DNA of 64,000 nucleotides from Vicinamibacterales bacterium (GTDB lineage Bacteria; Acidobacteriota; Vicinamibacteria; Vicinamibacterales; UBA8438): NCBI GenBank assembly GCA_965207615.1, contig CBDBMZ010000003.1, positions 3,949,855 to 4,013,854 of the forward strand, read 5' to 3'. Shown piece by piece: positions 28,170 to 37,129 of this stretch (position 1 is its first letter; each line of letters starts with the position of its first letter). The notes under the pieces were generated by a model. It saw only the letters and a program-made list of their open reading frames with translations, ran no database searches and was not told where the DNA came from. The position numbers and the translations under genes were made by a program.

Positions 28170-28783
28170 AGCAGATGCTCCATCTCCTTCCACGGCTCGT
28201 CGCGCGCCGCGCCCACCGCGTCGGCGGGGGGCGCCCGGCGCCGGTCGAGCGCGGCCAGCGTCTCGTCGCACCAGGCCACCTTCGACCCGATGGAGTGAAT
28301 GCCCATCCGGAGCGCCGCGAAGTGGTGGAAGCCCGCGTCGCCGTACCGGGCGGGGTCTCCGCCGTGCGCGGCGACGACATCCCGCTCCACCGCCCGGAGC
28401 TGCGCCAGCCAGCCGGCCAGGTGGCCCCGGAGCGCGGTCATGAACGCGCGGGTCTCCTGCAGGTCCCCAAGCGCGTCCATGAAGTAGAGCTGGGCGAGGT
28501 ACGCGAACCGCTCCGTCCCCACCGCGGGGCCGCCGCGCAGCCAGCGCAGCAGCTCGGCCCGCCCCACCTCCGTCAGCGCGTAGACCCGGCGCTTCGGCCC
28601 CTTCGGCGACGGCTCGACGCGGCTGCGCAGCATGCCCCGCTGCTCGAGGCGCTTGAGCGTCGGGTAGATCTGGCTGAGCTCGGCCGACCAGAAGTGCCGG
28701 ACGTTCTCGCTGAACGCGTTCCCGAGGTCGTACCCGGTGGCCGGTTCGCGGAGCAGGCCGAGGAGGATGTGATCGAGGCTCAT
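28166..28783 (-). CDS. PadR-family transcriptional regulator (long form with C-terminal domain)
   Basis: MSLDHILLGLLREPATGYDLGNAF...SQIYPTLKRLEQRGML...RRVYALTEVGR, followed by a ~100-aa C-terminal helical domain. Confidence 0.9.
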   Translation of the reverse strand: MSLDHILLGLLREPATGYDLGNAFSENVRHFWSAELSQIYPTLKRLEQRGMLRSRVEPSPKGPKRRVYALTEVGRAELLRWLRGGPAVGTERFAYLAQLYFMDALGDLQETRAFMTALRGHLAGWLAQLRAVERDVVAAHGGDPARYGDAGFHHFAALRMGIHSIGSKVAWCDETLAALDRRRAPPADAVGAARDEPWKEMEHLL

Positions 28784-28785
28784 GC

Positions 28786-28835
28786 AGCTATATAGATCAA
28801 GTAATAGCCACTATACATAGCAATATATAGCAAGT
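28786..28835 (-). promoter_or_regulatory. AT-rich promoter/operator region of the long PadR gene
   Basis: This is the most AT-rich stretch of the window: GCTATATAGATCAAGTAATAGCCACTATACATAGCAATATATAGC, with four ATAG boxes. It ends 3 nt from ATG 28783 with no Shine-Dalgarno sequence, so a leaderless transcript is possible. Confidence 0.4.
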
Positions 28836-28841
28836 CAACCC

Positions 28842-28912
28842 AGACCGCCAATCGTCGCGCGACGACCCGACCAACCCTCCAGCCGTCTGCCCCGTCCTTC
28901 GCTCAGGCTCCC
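28842..28912 (+). repeat. Degenerate partial copy of the structured interspersed repeat
   Basis: AGACCGCCAATCGTCGCGCGACGACCCGACCAACCCTCCAGCCGTCTGCC resembles the 5' half of copy 3 (GCCCGCCAATCGTCGCC...CCAACCAACCCTCCAGGAGCC). The hairpin is not preserved. Confidence 0.35.
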
Positions 28913-28972
28913 GGCCCAACGACCGTTGATGGGCAGGAGCGCGACACGGTACAACCGGGGTATGCTGTTGGT

Positions 28973-29212
28973 ATGAAAACCGCCGTTTCACTCCCGGACG
29001 ATCTCTTCCTGTCGGCGAACGACCTCGCGAAGCGACAGGGGATGTCGAGGAGCGAGCTGTACGCCGTCGCACTCGCCGAGTACCTGGCCAAGCACCGCGA
29101 CGCGGACGTCACGTCGAAGCTCAACGAAGTGCTCGCCGCTGAATCGAGCGGCGTCGACCCGGCGGTGCGGGCGGCTCAGGCGCGAAGCGTCGGCTCCCGG
29201 GGGAAATGGTAG
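28973..29212 (+). CDS. Ribbon-helix-helix (CopG/MazE-like) antitoxin
   Basis: MKTAVSLPDDLFLSANDLAKRQGMSRSELYAVALAEYL is an RHH signature. The gene overlaps the toxin start by 7 nt. Confidence 0.8.
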   Translation: MKTAVSLPDDLFLSANDLAKRQGMSRSELYAVALAEYLAKHRDADVTSKLNEVLAAESSGVDPAVRAAQARSVGSRGKW

Positions 29213-29634
29213 TCGCGCGGCGCGAGGTGTGGTGGGCCGATCTAGCCCGCCAATCGTCGCCTAACGGCTCCGCTTGGCGCCCAACCAACCCTCCAGGAGC
29301 CCGCGCCGTTCCACGGCGCGGGCTCCTGGACGAGCCGCGCGGCTCCGAGCCCGGCTTTCCCCATCCCCTGCTCGTCGTCCAGGCGGATGCCTTCAACCGA
29401 AGCAGGCTCCGGACGGTCCTCGGGGTGATCCTGACGTCGAACGCCCGCCTCGTCGACATGCCCGGCAACGTCCTGCTCTCCGCGAAGAGCACCGGCCTGC
29501 CGAGGGACTCGGTCGCCAACGTCACGCAGATCGTCACGCTCGACGAGGGCTACCTCTCCCGCCGGGTCGGGCAGATCTCACCCGGACTGATGGCGCGCGT
29601 CGACAACGGGCTGAGGCGAGTCCTCGCGCTGTGA
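29206..29634 (+). CDS. mazF: MazF/PemK-family toxin carrying a 28-codon in-frame repeat insertion
   Basis: EVWWADL...EPRGSEPGFPHPLLVVQADAFNRSRLRTVLGVILTSNARLVDMPGNVLL...GLPRDSVANVTQIVTLD...VDNGLRRVLAL is collinear with MazF-mt6-type toxins. The exception is residues 14-41, which are encoded by the interspersed repeat. Confidence 0.8.
   Translation: MVVARREVWWADLARQSSPNGSAWRPTNPPGARAVPRRGLLDEPRGSEPGFPHPLLVVQADAFNRSRLRTVLGVILTSNARLVDMPGNVLLSAKSTGLPRDSVANVTQIVTLDEGYLSRRVGQISPGLMARVDNGLRRVLAL
29245..29328 (+). repeat. Structured 84-nt interspersed repeat, copy 3, inserted inside mazF
   Basis: GCCCGCCAATCGTCGCCTAACGGCTCCGCTTGGCGCCCAACCAACCCT is followed by a perfect 16-bp stem, CCAGGAGCCCGCGCCG-TTCCA-CGGCGCGGGCTCCTGG. 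Confidence 0.7.
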
Positions 29635-29698
29635 ACCTGGTGGCGCGCCCCGCGCCCCCGCCCGACCGGACGTACCCGCCGGCGGGAGCGCCGCGGAC

Positions 29699-30739
29699 TC
29701 AGCGCTTCTCGACGAGGACGTCGAAGTCCTGGCCCAGCGCCAGCGAACCCGGCAGCGCGTCGAGCCGCTTCACGAGACGGCGGTAGTGGAAGTACGGGCG
29801 CCAGCCGCGAACCCACCGGTGGTGCGCGGCGATCTCCGCATCGATCCGTTGGGCCTGCTCCCTCCACGACGCCGGAAGAGGCGCCTCCGCGCCGCCGTCG
29901 GGGGGCCGGTCCCGTGGTGCCAGCGCTTCTCGATGCACCAGGGGCGCTCGACGGCGCCGCCCCGGCACCACCCCGAGGGCCCGAAGGCCCCGGCGTATCC
30001 CGATAGACCGCAGGCGCAGCACCCGGAACCCGGCGCCGTCGAACAGGCGGAGCAGTTGCGCCCGCGAAAAGAACGACAGGTGCCCCTGGCCCGACAGCGG
30101 CAGCTCGTCGCTCTCGCGCTCCGCCGCCGCGCGGCACAGAGGGCGCAGGTCGGCCTCTCCGTTGGGGGTGACGACGCGGAGCCGCCCGCCCCGACGCATG
30201 ATGCGCCGCGTCTCCTCCAGGTGACGCCGGGGGTGGGTGACGTGCTCCAGCAGGTCCTTCTGCAGCACGTAGTCGAAGGCGTCCGACGGGAGGCCCGCCT
30301 CCTCCAGCGTCCCCCGGTGCACCGCGGCGCCGAACCGGTCGCGGGCGTACCAGGCCCCGAACGCCGACACCTCGACGCCCTCGACCTTCCAACCGGTGTT
30401 CGGCTCGAGGGCGCCGAGCAGAAAGCCGAGGGCGCTGCCGACCTCCAGGAACCGGCCCCTCGGCGCGAGCCGCCGGAGCTCGCGGGCGAGGAACCAGGCG
30501 TCGCGCGCGTAGCGCTGGCGCTGGCGGGCGTACCCCGCGAAGCCGTGCGCCGAGGCCGAGTCGAAGTAGTCCGCGCCGTAGAGCGCGTCGACCGCGGCGG
30601 GCGAGAGCCGCGGCCGGACCTGCCGGAAGCCGCATCCGCCGCAACGCCGGATCCACACCGCCCCGACCCCCTGCAACCCCGCCTCCAGGAGCGGACTCAT
30701 CCTGCCGGCAGCGCCGCAGACGTCGCAGGGATCGTCCAT
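29699..30739 (-). CDS. Class I SAM-dependent methyltransferase with N-terminal Cys4 zinc-ribbon-like motif
   Basis: ATG at 30739. The motif is CDVCGAAG...CGGCGF. SAM motif I is FLEVGSALGFL, with downstream blocks DYVLQKDLLEHV and GGRLRVVTPN. Confidence 0.8.
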   Translation of the reverse strand: MDDPCDVCGAAGRMSPLLEAGLQGVGAVWIRRCGGCGFRQVRPRLSPAAVDALYGADYFDSASAHGFAGYARQRQRYARDAWFLARELRRLAPRGRFLEVGSALGFLLGALEPNTGWKVEGVEVSAFGAWYARDRFGAAVHRGTLEEAGLPSDAFDYVLQKDLLEHVTHPRRHLEETRRIMRRGGRLRVVTPNGEADLRPLCRAAAERESDELPLSGQGHLSFFSRAQLLRLFDGAGFRVLRLRSIGIRRGLRALGVVPGRRRRAPLVHREALAPRDRPPDGGAEAPLPASWREQAQRIDAEIAAHHRWVRGWRPYFHYRRLVKRLDALPGSLALGQDFDVLVEKR

Positions 30740-31025
30740 GCGGCGAGCATGATACCGTCCGCGCCGGCCGACGGATGAGCAACTCGTAGGCGACGCAGGA
30801 ACGGGCGAGGCGCGTGCCGAAAGCGCCGACACGAACGCCGCGCCGCCGACCCGGCGTCGTGAAGCCGAGCCGCATCGACCCGATCCTCGCGCGCCGGGAC
30901 GACTCATGGCGGCGGCCCGAGAATCTGCGATTGGCGCCGACGCGCGGGCCGCGACATCCCCGGCCACGGCTCTGTTGAAGCACCCGGAGCGCTGTAAACT
31001 GTACGGGCTCGCAGACGCGCACCCC

Positions 31026-33344
31026 ATGCCAAGACAGCTCACGATTCCAGCGCTGGCGCTGTGCCTCGCCGTCGGCGCCCTCGAGCATCTCCACGCCCAG
31101 TCCGGCGCCGGCTTCCCGATGGGCCCCCACGGGCCGGACCGGCCGCGCGTGGACGACTCCACGTTCGCGGCGTCCGGGGCCGGCTACGGCATGCTCACCA
31201 GCCGGCCCCGGGTCCGGGCCACCCGCACCGACGCGCCGCCGACCATCGACGGCCGCCTCGACGACGAGGTGTGGCGCACCGCGGCGATGCTCTCCGAGTT
31301 CGTGCAGCAGTCGCCCCTCGACGGGGCGCCCGCGACCGAGGAGACCGAGGTCTACATCGCCTACGACCGCGACCACATCTACTTCGCGTTCTACCTGCAC
31401 TACGCCGACCCCGGCATCCTGCGGGCCAGCCGGGCCGACCGCGACACCGCATGGCAGGACGACCTGATCACCGTCTACCTCGACACGTTCATGGACCAGC
31501 AGCGCTGCTACGACTTCGACCTGAACGCCTACAACGTGCAGGGCGACGGCGTCATCAACGCGGGACAGACCCGCGGCGGCCCGATTCCCGTCGCCGACCG
31601 GTCGTGGGACGCGCTGTTCTACAGCGGCGCGCAGATCGTCGAGGACGGCTACACGGCGGAGATGGCCATCCCGTTCAAGAGCTTCCGCTACCCCGAGCAG
31701 CCGCCCGGCGTCGAGCACCGCTGGGGCTTCCAGATCGTGCGCGAGATCAAGGGGAAGGACCAGGAGAACGTGGTCTGGGCCCCGATGTCGCGCGACGTGC
31801 AGAGCTTCATGGCGCAGATGGGGGTGCTCGAGGGCATGACCGACCTGTCCACGAGCCGCAACCTCGAGATCCTGCCCTCGTTCACCGCCATCGGCTACGA
31901 GTCGTACGATCCGCGATCGGGCGCGCGCATCGACCGGAGCACGGACCCGGAGGTGGGCGTGAACGTCAAGTACGGCATCACCTCGAACCTGACCGTCGAC
32001 TTCACCGGCAACCCCGACTTCTCGCAGATCGAGTCGGACCTGCCGCAGATCGAGGTCAACCAGCGGTTTCCCGTGTTCTTCCCCGAGCTGCGGCCCTTCT
32101 TCCTCGAGGGCGCGGAGATCTTCGAGTTCCCGTCGCCGGTCGACCTCGTCCACACGCGGACCCTCGTCGACCCCAACGTGGGGGCGAAGCTGACCGGCAA
32201 GGTCGGCAACACGACCCTCGGCGTGATGGTGACCGACGACGAGGCGCCGGGAAGACGGGACGACCCGGACGAACGGGGCTACGGCGAGAACGCGCAGGTG
32301 CTGATCGGCCGGGCGCGCTACGACCTCTACTCCGAGTCGCACGTCGGGACCCTCGTCACCGACCGACAGTTCCTCGACGGATACAACCGCGTGGCCGGCG
32401 TCGACGGCCAGTTCCGGCTCGGCCAGGCCACCCGGCTCAACCTCGTCGCCTTCCAGTCGCAGGACCGCGACGAGGCGGGCGACGAGCGGGACGGGCCGAT
32501 GGCCGGCGCCTTCCTGCAGCACGAGGGGCGGCACTGGATGGCCACCGCGTTCGCGGCGCGCATCGATCCCGACTTCCGCACCGACGTGGGGTTCCTCCAG
32601 CGCGTGGACCAGCAGATCGGGTCGGGCAGCGTCGGCTACCGTTGGTGGCCGGAGAGCGGGATCATCAACTGGGGGCCGAGCCTGAACTACCGGGTCAGCT
32701 ACACCCACGAAGGCGTCCGCGAGGACGAGATCGTCGACGCCGGCCTGAACCTCGACTTGAGGGGGAACATCAACGTCGGCGCCAACGCCATCCAGGCCCA
32801 CGAGCGGTTCGGGGGCGTCGACTTCGACCGCCGCAACTACAGCCTGTCCACGTTCGTCAGCACCAGCCGCCTGTTCTCGCTGGGCGGCAGCCTGCGGTGG
32901 GGCGACGAGATCTACTACATCGACCGCGAGAGCCCGTATCTCGGGAGCGGCAACAGCGCGACGCTGTCGGCGACGATCCGGCCCGTCCCGCGGTTCACCT
33001 CGCAGCTCAACCTCGTGACCAGCCGGTTCTTCGACGTCCGCGGCGGCGCCGATCGGGAGGTGTTCGACATTCAGGTCCTGCGGGCGCTCTCGACGTTCAC
33101 GTTCACCGACCGGCTGCTGCTGCGGAACATCACCGAGTTCGACTCGTTCCGCGGGACGCGGGGCACGAACCTGCTGCTGACCTACCGCATCAACGCCCTG
33201 ACCGTGTTCTACTTCGGCTACGACGACCACTTCCGGCAGGAGGACGCGGTCGGCGTGCACGATCCCCGCTACTTCGAGCCGGCCGCCTTCCGCCGGACGA
33301 ACCGCGCCCTCTTCACCAAGCTGCGGGTGCTGTTCCGCTACTGA
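31026..33344 (+). CDS. CBM9-like / DUF5916-family secreted protein
   Basis: ATG at 31026 with signal MPRQLTIPALALCLAVGALEHLHA. The N-terminal block IDGRLDDEVWRTAA...IYFAFY is typical of CBM9/DOMON-like modules. A long beta-rich C-terminal region follows. Confidence 0.8.
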   Translation: MPRQLTIPALALCLAVGALEHLHAQSGAGFPMGPHGPDRPRVDDSTFAASGAGYGMLTSRPRVRATRTDAPPTIDGRLDDEVWRTAAMLSEFVQQSPLDGAPATEETEVYIAYDRDHIYFAFYLHYADPGILRASRADRDTAWQDDLITVYLDTFMDQQRCYDFDLNAYNVQGDGVINAGQTRGGPIPVADRSWDALFYSGAQIVEDGYTAEMAIPFKSFRYPEQPPGVEHRWGFQIVREIKGKDQENVVWAPMSRDVQSFMAQMGVLEGMTDLSTSRNLEILPSFTAIGYESYDPRSGARIDRSTDPEVGVNVKYGITSNLTVDFTGNPDFSQIESDLPQIEVNQRFPVFFPELRPFFLEGAEIFEFPSPVDLVHTRTLVDPNVGAKLTGKVGNTTLGVMVTDDEAPGRRDDPDERGYGENAQVLIGRARYDLYSESHVGTLVTDRQFLDGYNRVAGVDGQFRLGQATRLNLVAFQSQDRDEAGDERDGPMAGAFLQHEGRHWMATAFAARIDPDFRTDVGFLQRVDQQIGSGSVGYRWWPESGIINWGPSLNYRVSYTHEGVREDEIVDAGLNLDLRGNINVGANAIQAHERFGGVDFDRRNYSLSTFVSTSRLFSLGGSLRWGDEIYYIDRESPYLGSGNSATLSATIRPVPRFTSQLNLVTSRFFDVRGGADREVFDIQVLRALSTFTFTDRLLLRNITEFDSFRGTRGTNLLLTYRINALTVFYFGYDDHFRQEDAVGVHDPRYFEPAAFRRTNRALFTKLRVLFRY

Positions 33345-33723
33345 CGCGGATGCGTGAGGGGCCCGGATGCACAGAAGTCCCCGACCGCGGGACGCCCGGG
33401 CCGAACGCCGCGGAAAGGTGCGGCGTACTCAGGGGGCCATGGTCGGACGCGTCTCGGGCTGGACCAACCGCCTCCCGTGAACGGAGGCTCGCCCAACCCG
33501 CCCCGGTGAGGCTGCCGATCCTGCACGGAGGGGTCGAGCCTGCGTGTCTTGGCGACCGGGGCTCGGCCCGTTCGCGCTGCCGACCAGTTCGACGGCCGGC
33601 CGAGAGCGCCCCACCGCCGCGCGGTGATACCATCATCGACCGCACGAGCTTGCGCCAGCAGCGCCGCCGCGCGGCGGTGCATGGGTCCGAGGTCATCCCG
33701 TGAAGGCGTCGCGCGCCCCCCAG

Positions 33724-34860
33724 ATGTTCATAACCTCCCTGCGCCTGCACCATTGGCGCAACTTCCGGGGACCGGTGAACCTGCGCCTGCGCCGGCGCGC
33801 GTTCCTCATCGGACCGAATGCGTCAGGGAAATCCAACGTGCTCGACGCCCTCAGGTTCCTGCGGGATACCGCGGGCCACGGCTTGAAGCAAGCGGTCCGG
33901 CTGCGAGGCGGCATGGGAGAGATCCGAACGCTGCAGGCGCGGACGCCCGCCGGTCTCAAGGTGGCGGTCGACGTCGGCACAGACGACGCACCCCGCCTGT
34001 GGACCTACAGTCTCCGGTTCCGCAACCATCCGAAGAAGCACCTGCCCGAAGTCATGGAGGAAGAGGTCCACAAACAGGGCAACCTGATTCTCAAGCGGCC
34101 CGATGCGGCGGACAAGAAGGACTCCGAGCGGTTGGCACAGACGTATCTGGAGCAGATCGTCGTCAACCAGGAGTTTCGAGAACTCGCCGAGTTCCTGAAG
34201 TCCATCCGGTATCTTCACATCGTGCCCCATCTGGTGCGCGATCCCGAACGGTCCATCGGCCGGCACGACGATCCGTTCGGCGGGGACTTCCTGGAGAAGG
34301 TCGCCTCGACCCCCGCCAAGACCCGCGATGCGCGGTTGCGCAACATCAACAAGGCCCTGAAGATCGCCATTCCGCAGTTCGACAGCCTGACGCTGCAGCA
34401 GGATGCAGGCGGTCGCTGGCATCTGGAGGCGCGGTTCAGCCACTGGCGGCAGAGCGCGGCGCGCCAATACGAGCGCTCGTTCTCGGACGGCACGCTCCGC
34501 CTGATCGGATTGCTCTGGTCCCTGGCGGAGGGTGGCGGCCCGCTGCTGCTTGAAGAACCCGAGCTCGCGCTGCACGACGCCCTCGTGCGGCACTTGCCGC
34601 GTTTCATGGCGCGAATGCACACGAAGTCTGGCCGGCAGGTGCTGATCACCACGCACTCGGCGGCACTGTTGGCCGACGTGGGAATCGGCCTCGACGAGGT
34701 CCACGTGCTCGCTCCCGACTCGCAGGGGACGGAGATCAAGGTCGGCAAGAGCTATCGGGACGTGCGAGCCATGGTGGAAAAGGAAGGGCTGTCGATCGGC
34801 GCCGCTCTGCTGCCCAAGGCGGCGCCGGCACACGCCGACCAGTTCAGCTTCGACTTCTGA
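33724..34860 (+). CDS. ABC-type (AAA_15/AAA_21, OLD/AriA/GajA-like) ATPase without a fused nuclease domain
   Basis: ATG at 33724 (MFITSLRLHHWRNFRG); an in-frame GTG at 33700 is also possible. Walker A is LIGPNASGKSNVLDAL, Walker B/D-loop is PLLLEEPELALHDAL and the H-loop is VLITTHS. G+C is visibly lower than in the flanks. Confidence 0.85.
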   Translation: MFITSLRLHHWRNFRGPVNLRLRRRAFLIGPNASGKSNVLDALRFLRDTAGHGLKQAVRLRGGMGEIRTLQARTPAGLKVAVDVGTDDAPRLWTYSLRFRNHPKKHLPEVMEEEVHKQGNLILKRPDAADKKDSERLAQTYLEQIVVNQEFRELAEFLKSIRYLHIVPHLVRDPERSIGRHDDPFGGDFLEKVASTPAKTRDARLRNINKALKIAIPQFDSLTLQQDAGGRWHLEARFSHWRQSAARQYERSFSDGTLRLIGLLWSLAEGGGPLLLEEPELALHDALVRHLPRFMARMHTKSGRQVLITTHSAALLADVGIGLDEVHVLAPDSQGTEIKVGKSYRDVRAMVEKEGLSIGAALLPKAAPAHADQFSFDF

Positions 34861-34866
34861 ACCTCC

Positions 34867-35484
34867 ATGGCGCATCGGGGGTACGAGCCCGTGTCGTTCG
34901 CGGTGGAAGGCATCGTCGATCAGGCGGTCGTTCTGAAGCTCTTCGAGGCGTCGGGCGTCGCTTCCGGTACACCTTACGTCTGCGACGGGATCGGCAATCT
35001 GCGCCAGCGCCTCGACGGATTCAACGCCGGTGCGCACTACTCCCCGTGGTTCGTCCTCTGCGATCTCGACCGTCACGACTGCGCGCCTGGATTGCGCGGC
35101 CGCCTGTTCGGGACCGTGCAGGCCGAACAGATGGAGTTGCGAGTCGCGGTTCGAGCCGTCGAAGCTTGGCTGATGGCGGATCGGCGGGACTTCGCGAGCT
35201 TTCTCGGCGTCCGCGTGAAGCGCATCCCTCGAGAGCCGGAACGGATCGCCGATCCGAAACAGGCGGTCGTGGATCTGGCTCGGGAGTCCACCAGGCGGGT
35301 CATCCGCGAAGGACTGCCGCCCTCCGAGGCCGGAGGCCGGCGCGTCGGGCCGGCCTACACCGACGAGGTGATTCGGTACGTCCGCCACCGATGGTCGCCG
35401 GAGCGGGCACGCGCCGCCTCTCCGAGTCTGGCGCGTGCGTTCGAGCGATGCGAGGCGTTCTCACGTCGGGGAACGTGGTCGTAG
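34867..35484 (+). CDS. Toprim-like (DUF4276/DUF4435-like) putative nuclease partner
   Basis: It starts 6 nt after the ATPase stop. Motifs are FAVEGIVDQ (Toprim glutamate), WFVLCDLDRHD (DxD) and AVRAVEAWLMADRRDF. The family assignment is by motif only. Confidence 0.6.
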   Translation: MAHRGYEPVSFAVEGIVDQAVVLKLFEASGVASGTPYVCDGIGNLRQRLDGFNAGAHYSPWFVLCDLDRHDCAPGLRGRLFGTVQAEQMELRVAVRAVEAWLMADRRDFASFLGVRVKRIPREPERIADPKQAVVDLARESTRRVIREGLPPSEAGGRRVGPAYTDEVIRYVRHRWSPERARAASPSLARAFERCEAFSRRGTWS

Positions 35485-35695
35485 GGCTTTCGCCGTGGGT
35501 GTCTCGACGGTTGGTCGGGCGGCGCGGAGCCGCAGGCTCGCACCACGACGGCCGGCCTCGGCCCGAGGTCGTTGACCGTGCCGCGGCTGCCGCGGGCCGC
35601 CCTACCGGCGCGACCGCCGTCGCGGCTATCATTGGAGTCAGGAATCCGCGTTCCGGAACTCACCCGTCGAGATCGACGAAGACAGAGGTAACGCC

Positions 35696-36979
35696 ATGAG
35701 ATCACGTATCCGCCTGACGGCGCTCGCCGTCGTGTTCGCGCTGATGCTCGTTCCCCAGACCGGGGCCGCCCAGGGGCTGGTCCGGGTCGAGCCGGAAGAG
35801 GTGGGGATGTCGTCGGAGCGGCTCGACCGCCTGAGCCTCGCCCTCGAGAGCCTCGTCGACGAGGGCCGGCTCGCCGGCGCCGTCACCATCGTCGTGCGCC
35901 GCGGCAAGATCGCCTACCGCGAGGGCATCGGCTGGCGCGACGTCGAAGCAGAGGCGCCGATGCCGTCCGACGGCATCTTCCGCATCGCCTCGCAGACCAA
36001 GGCGCTGGCCAGCGTCGGGGTCATGCTGCTGCAGGAGGAAGGAAAGCTGCTGATCACCGATCCGGTCGGCAAGTACCTGCCAGCGTTCGCGGAGACGACG
36101 GTGGCCGAGCCCAACGACGAGGGCGGCTACGACGTGGTGCCGGCCCGCCGGCCCGTCACCATCCGCGACCTGCTCACCCACACCGCCGGCATCAGCTACG
36201 GCATGGGACCGGCCGGCATCGCCTCCTGGCAGGAGGCGGGCATCACCGGCTGGTACTTCGCCGACCGCGACGAGACGGTGGGCGACACGATGGCCCGCCT
36301 CGCCGGGCTGCCGATGGACGCGCACCCCGGCGAGCGGTGGGTCTACGGCTACAACACCGACATCCTCGGGGCGATGATCGAGAAGATCAGCGGCCAGACC
36401 CTCGGCGAGTTCCTGACCGAGCGCCTGTTCGAGCCGCTCGGGATGAACGACACCCACTTCTTCCTGCCCGACGGCAAGCTGGGCCGGCTCGCCACCGTCT
36501 ACTCGTCGGTGGGCGACGGCGGCAGCTTCGAGAAGGCCCCCGACCCCGGCCACATGGTCGGCCAGGGACACTACGTCGAGGGCCCCCGCAAGGCGTTCTC
36601 GGCCGGCGCCGGCCTGCTGTCGACGGCCACCGACTACGCCACGTTCCTGCAGATGATGCTGAACGGCGGCGAGCTCGACGGCACCCGCATCCTCTCGCGC
36701 AAGACCGTCGAGTCGATGCTCAGCGACCACCTCGGCGGCATCCCGTTCCGCCCCGGCCAGGGCTTCGGCCTCGGCTTCTCGATCACCCACGACCCCGCCG
36801 CCGCGGGCCTGCCCGGCTCGGCCGGCGAGTTCGGCTGGGGCGGCGCCTACCACTCGACCTACTGGGCCGACCCGAAGGAGGAGATGGTGGTCGTGTACCT
36901 GACGCAGATCATCCCGGCCATCGGCCTCGACGATCAGCAGAAGGTGCGGTCGCTGGTCTACCAGGCGATCGTCGACTGA
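35696..36979 (+). CDS. Serine hydrolase (beta-lactamase/PBP4*-like, class C fold)
   Basis: A signal peptide is present. The SxxK motif sits in FRIASQTKAL and the YxN motif in WVYGYNTD. The C-terminal block is GEFGWGGAYHSTYWADP. Confidence 0.9.
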   Translation: MRSRIRLTALAVVFALMLVPQTGAAQGLVRVEPEEVGMSSERLDRLSLALESLVDEGRLAGAVTIVVRRGKIAYREGIGWRDVEAEAPMPSDGIFRIASQTKALASVGVMLLQEEGKLLITDPVGKYLPAFAETTVAEPNDEGGYDVVPARRPVTIRDLLTHTAGISYGMGPAGIASWQEAGITGWYFADRDETVGDTMARLAGLPMDAHPGERWVYGYNTDILGAMIEKISGQTLGEFLTERLFEPLGMNDTHFFLPDGKLGRLATVYSSVGDGGSFEKAPDPGHMVGQGHYVEGPRKAFSAGAGLLSTATDYATFLQMMLNGGELDGTRILSRKTVESMLSDHLGGIPFRPGQGFGLGFSITHDPAAAGLPGSAGEFGWGGAYHSTYWADPKEEMVVVYLTQIIPAIGLDDQQKVRSLVYQAIVD

Positions 36980-37129
36980 CCCCGCGGCGCGCCCCGGGGC
37001 GTTCGTGAGACATCGGCGCCTCGGGGCCGTTCCCCGGGGCGCCGCCCGCGCGTTCCGCCCCTGCCCCCGTGTCGGGAGAGAGCGTCGGCGAGGGCGACTG
37101 ACGAGGCGCCGCCCGCCAAGGAGAGACCG

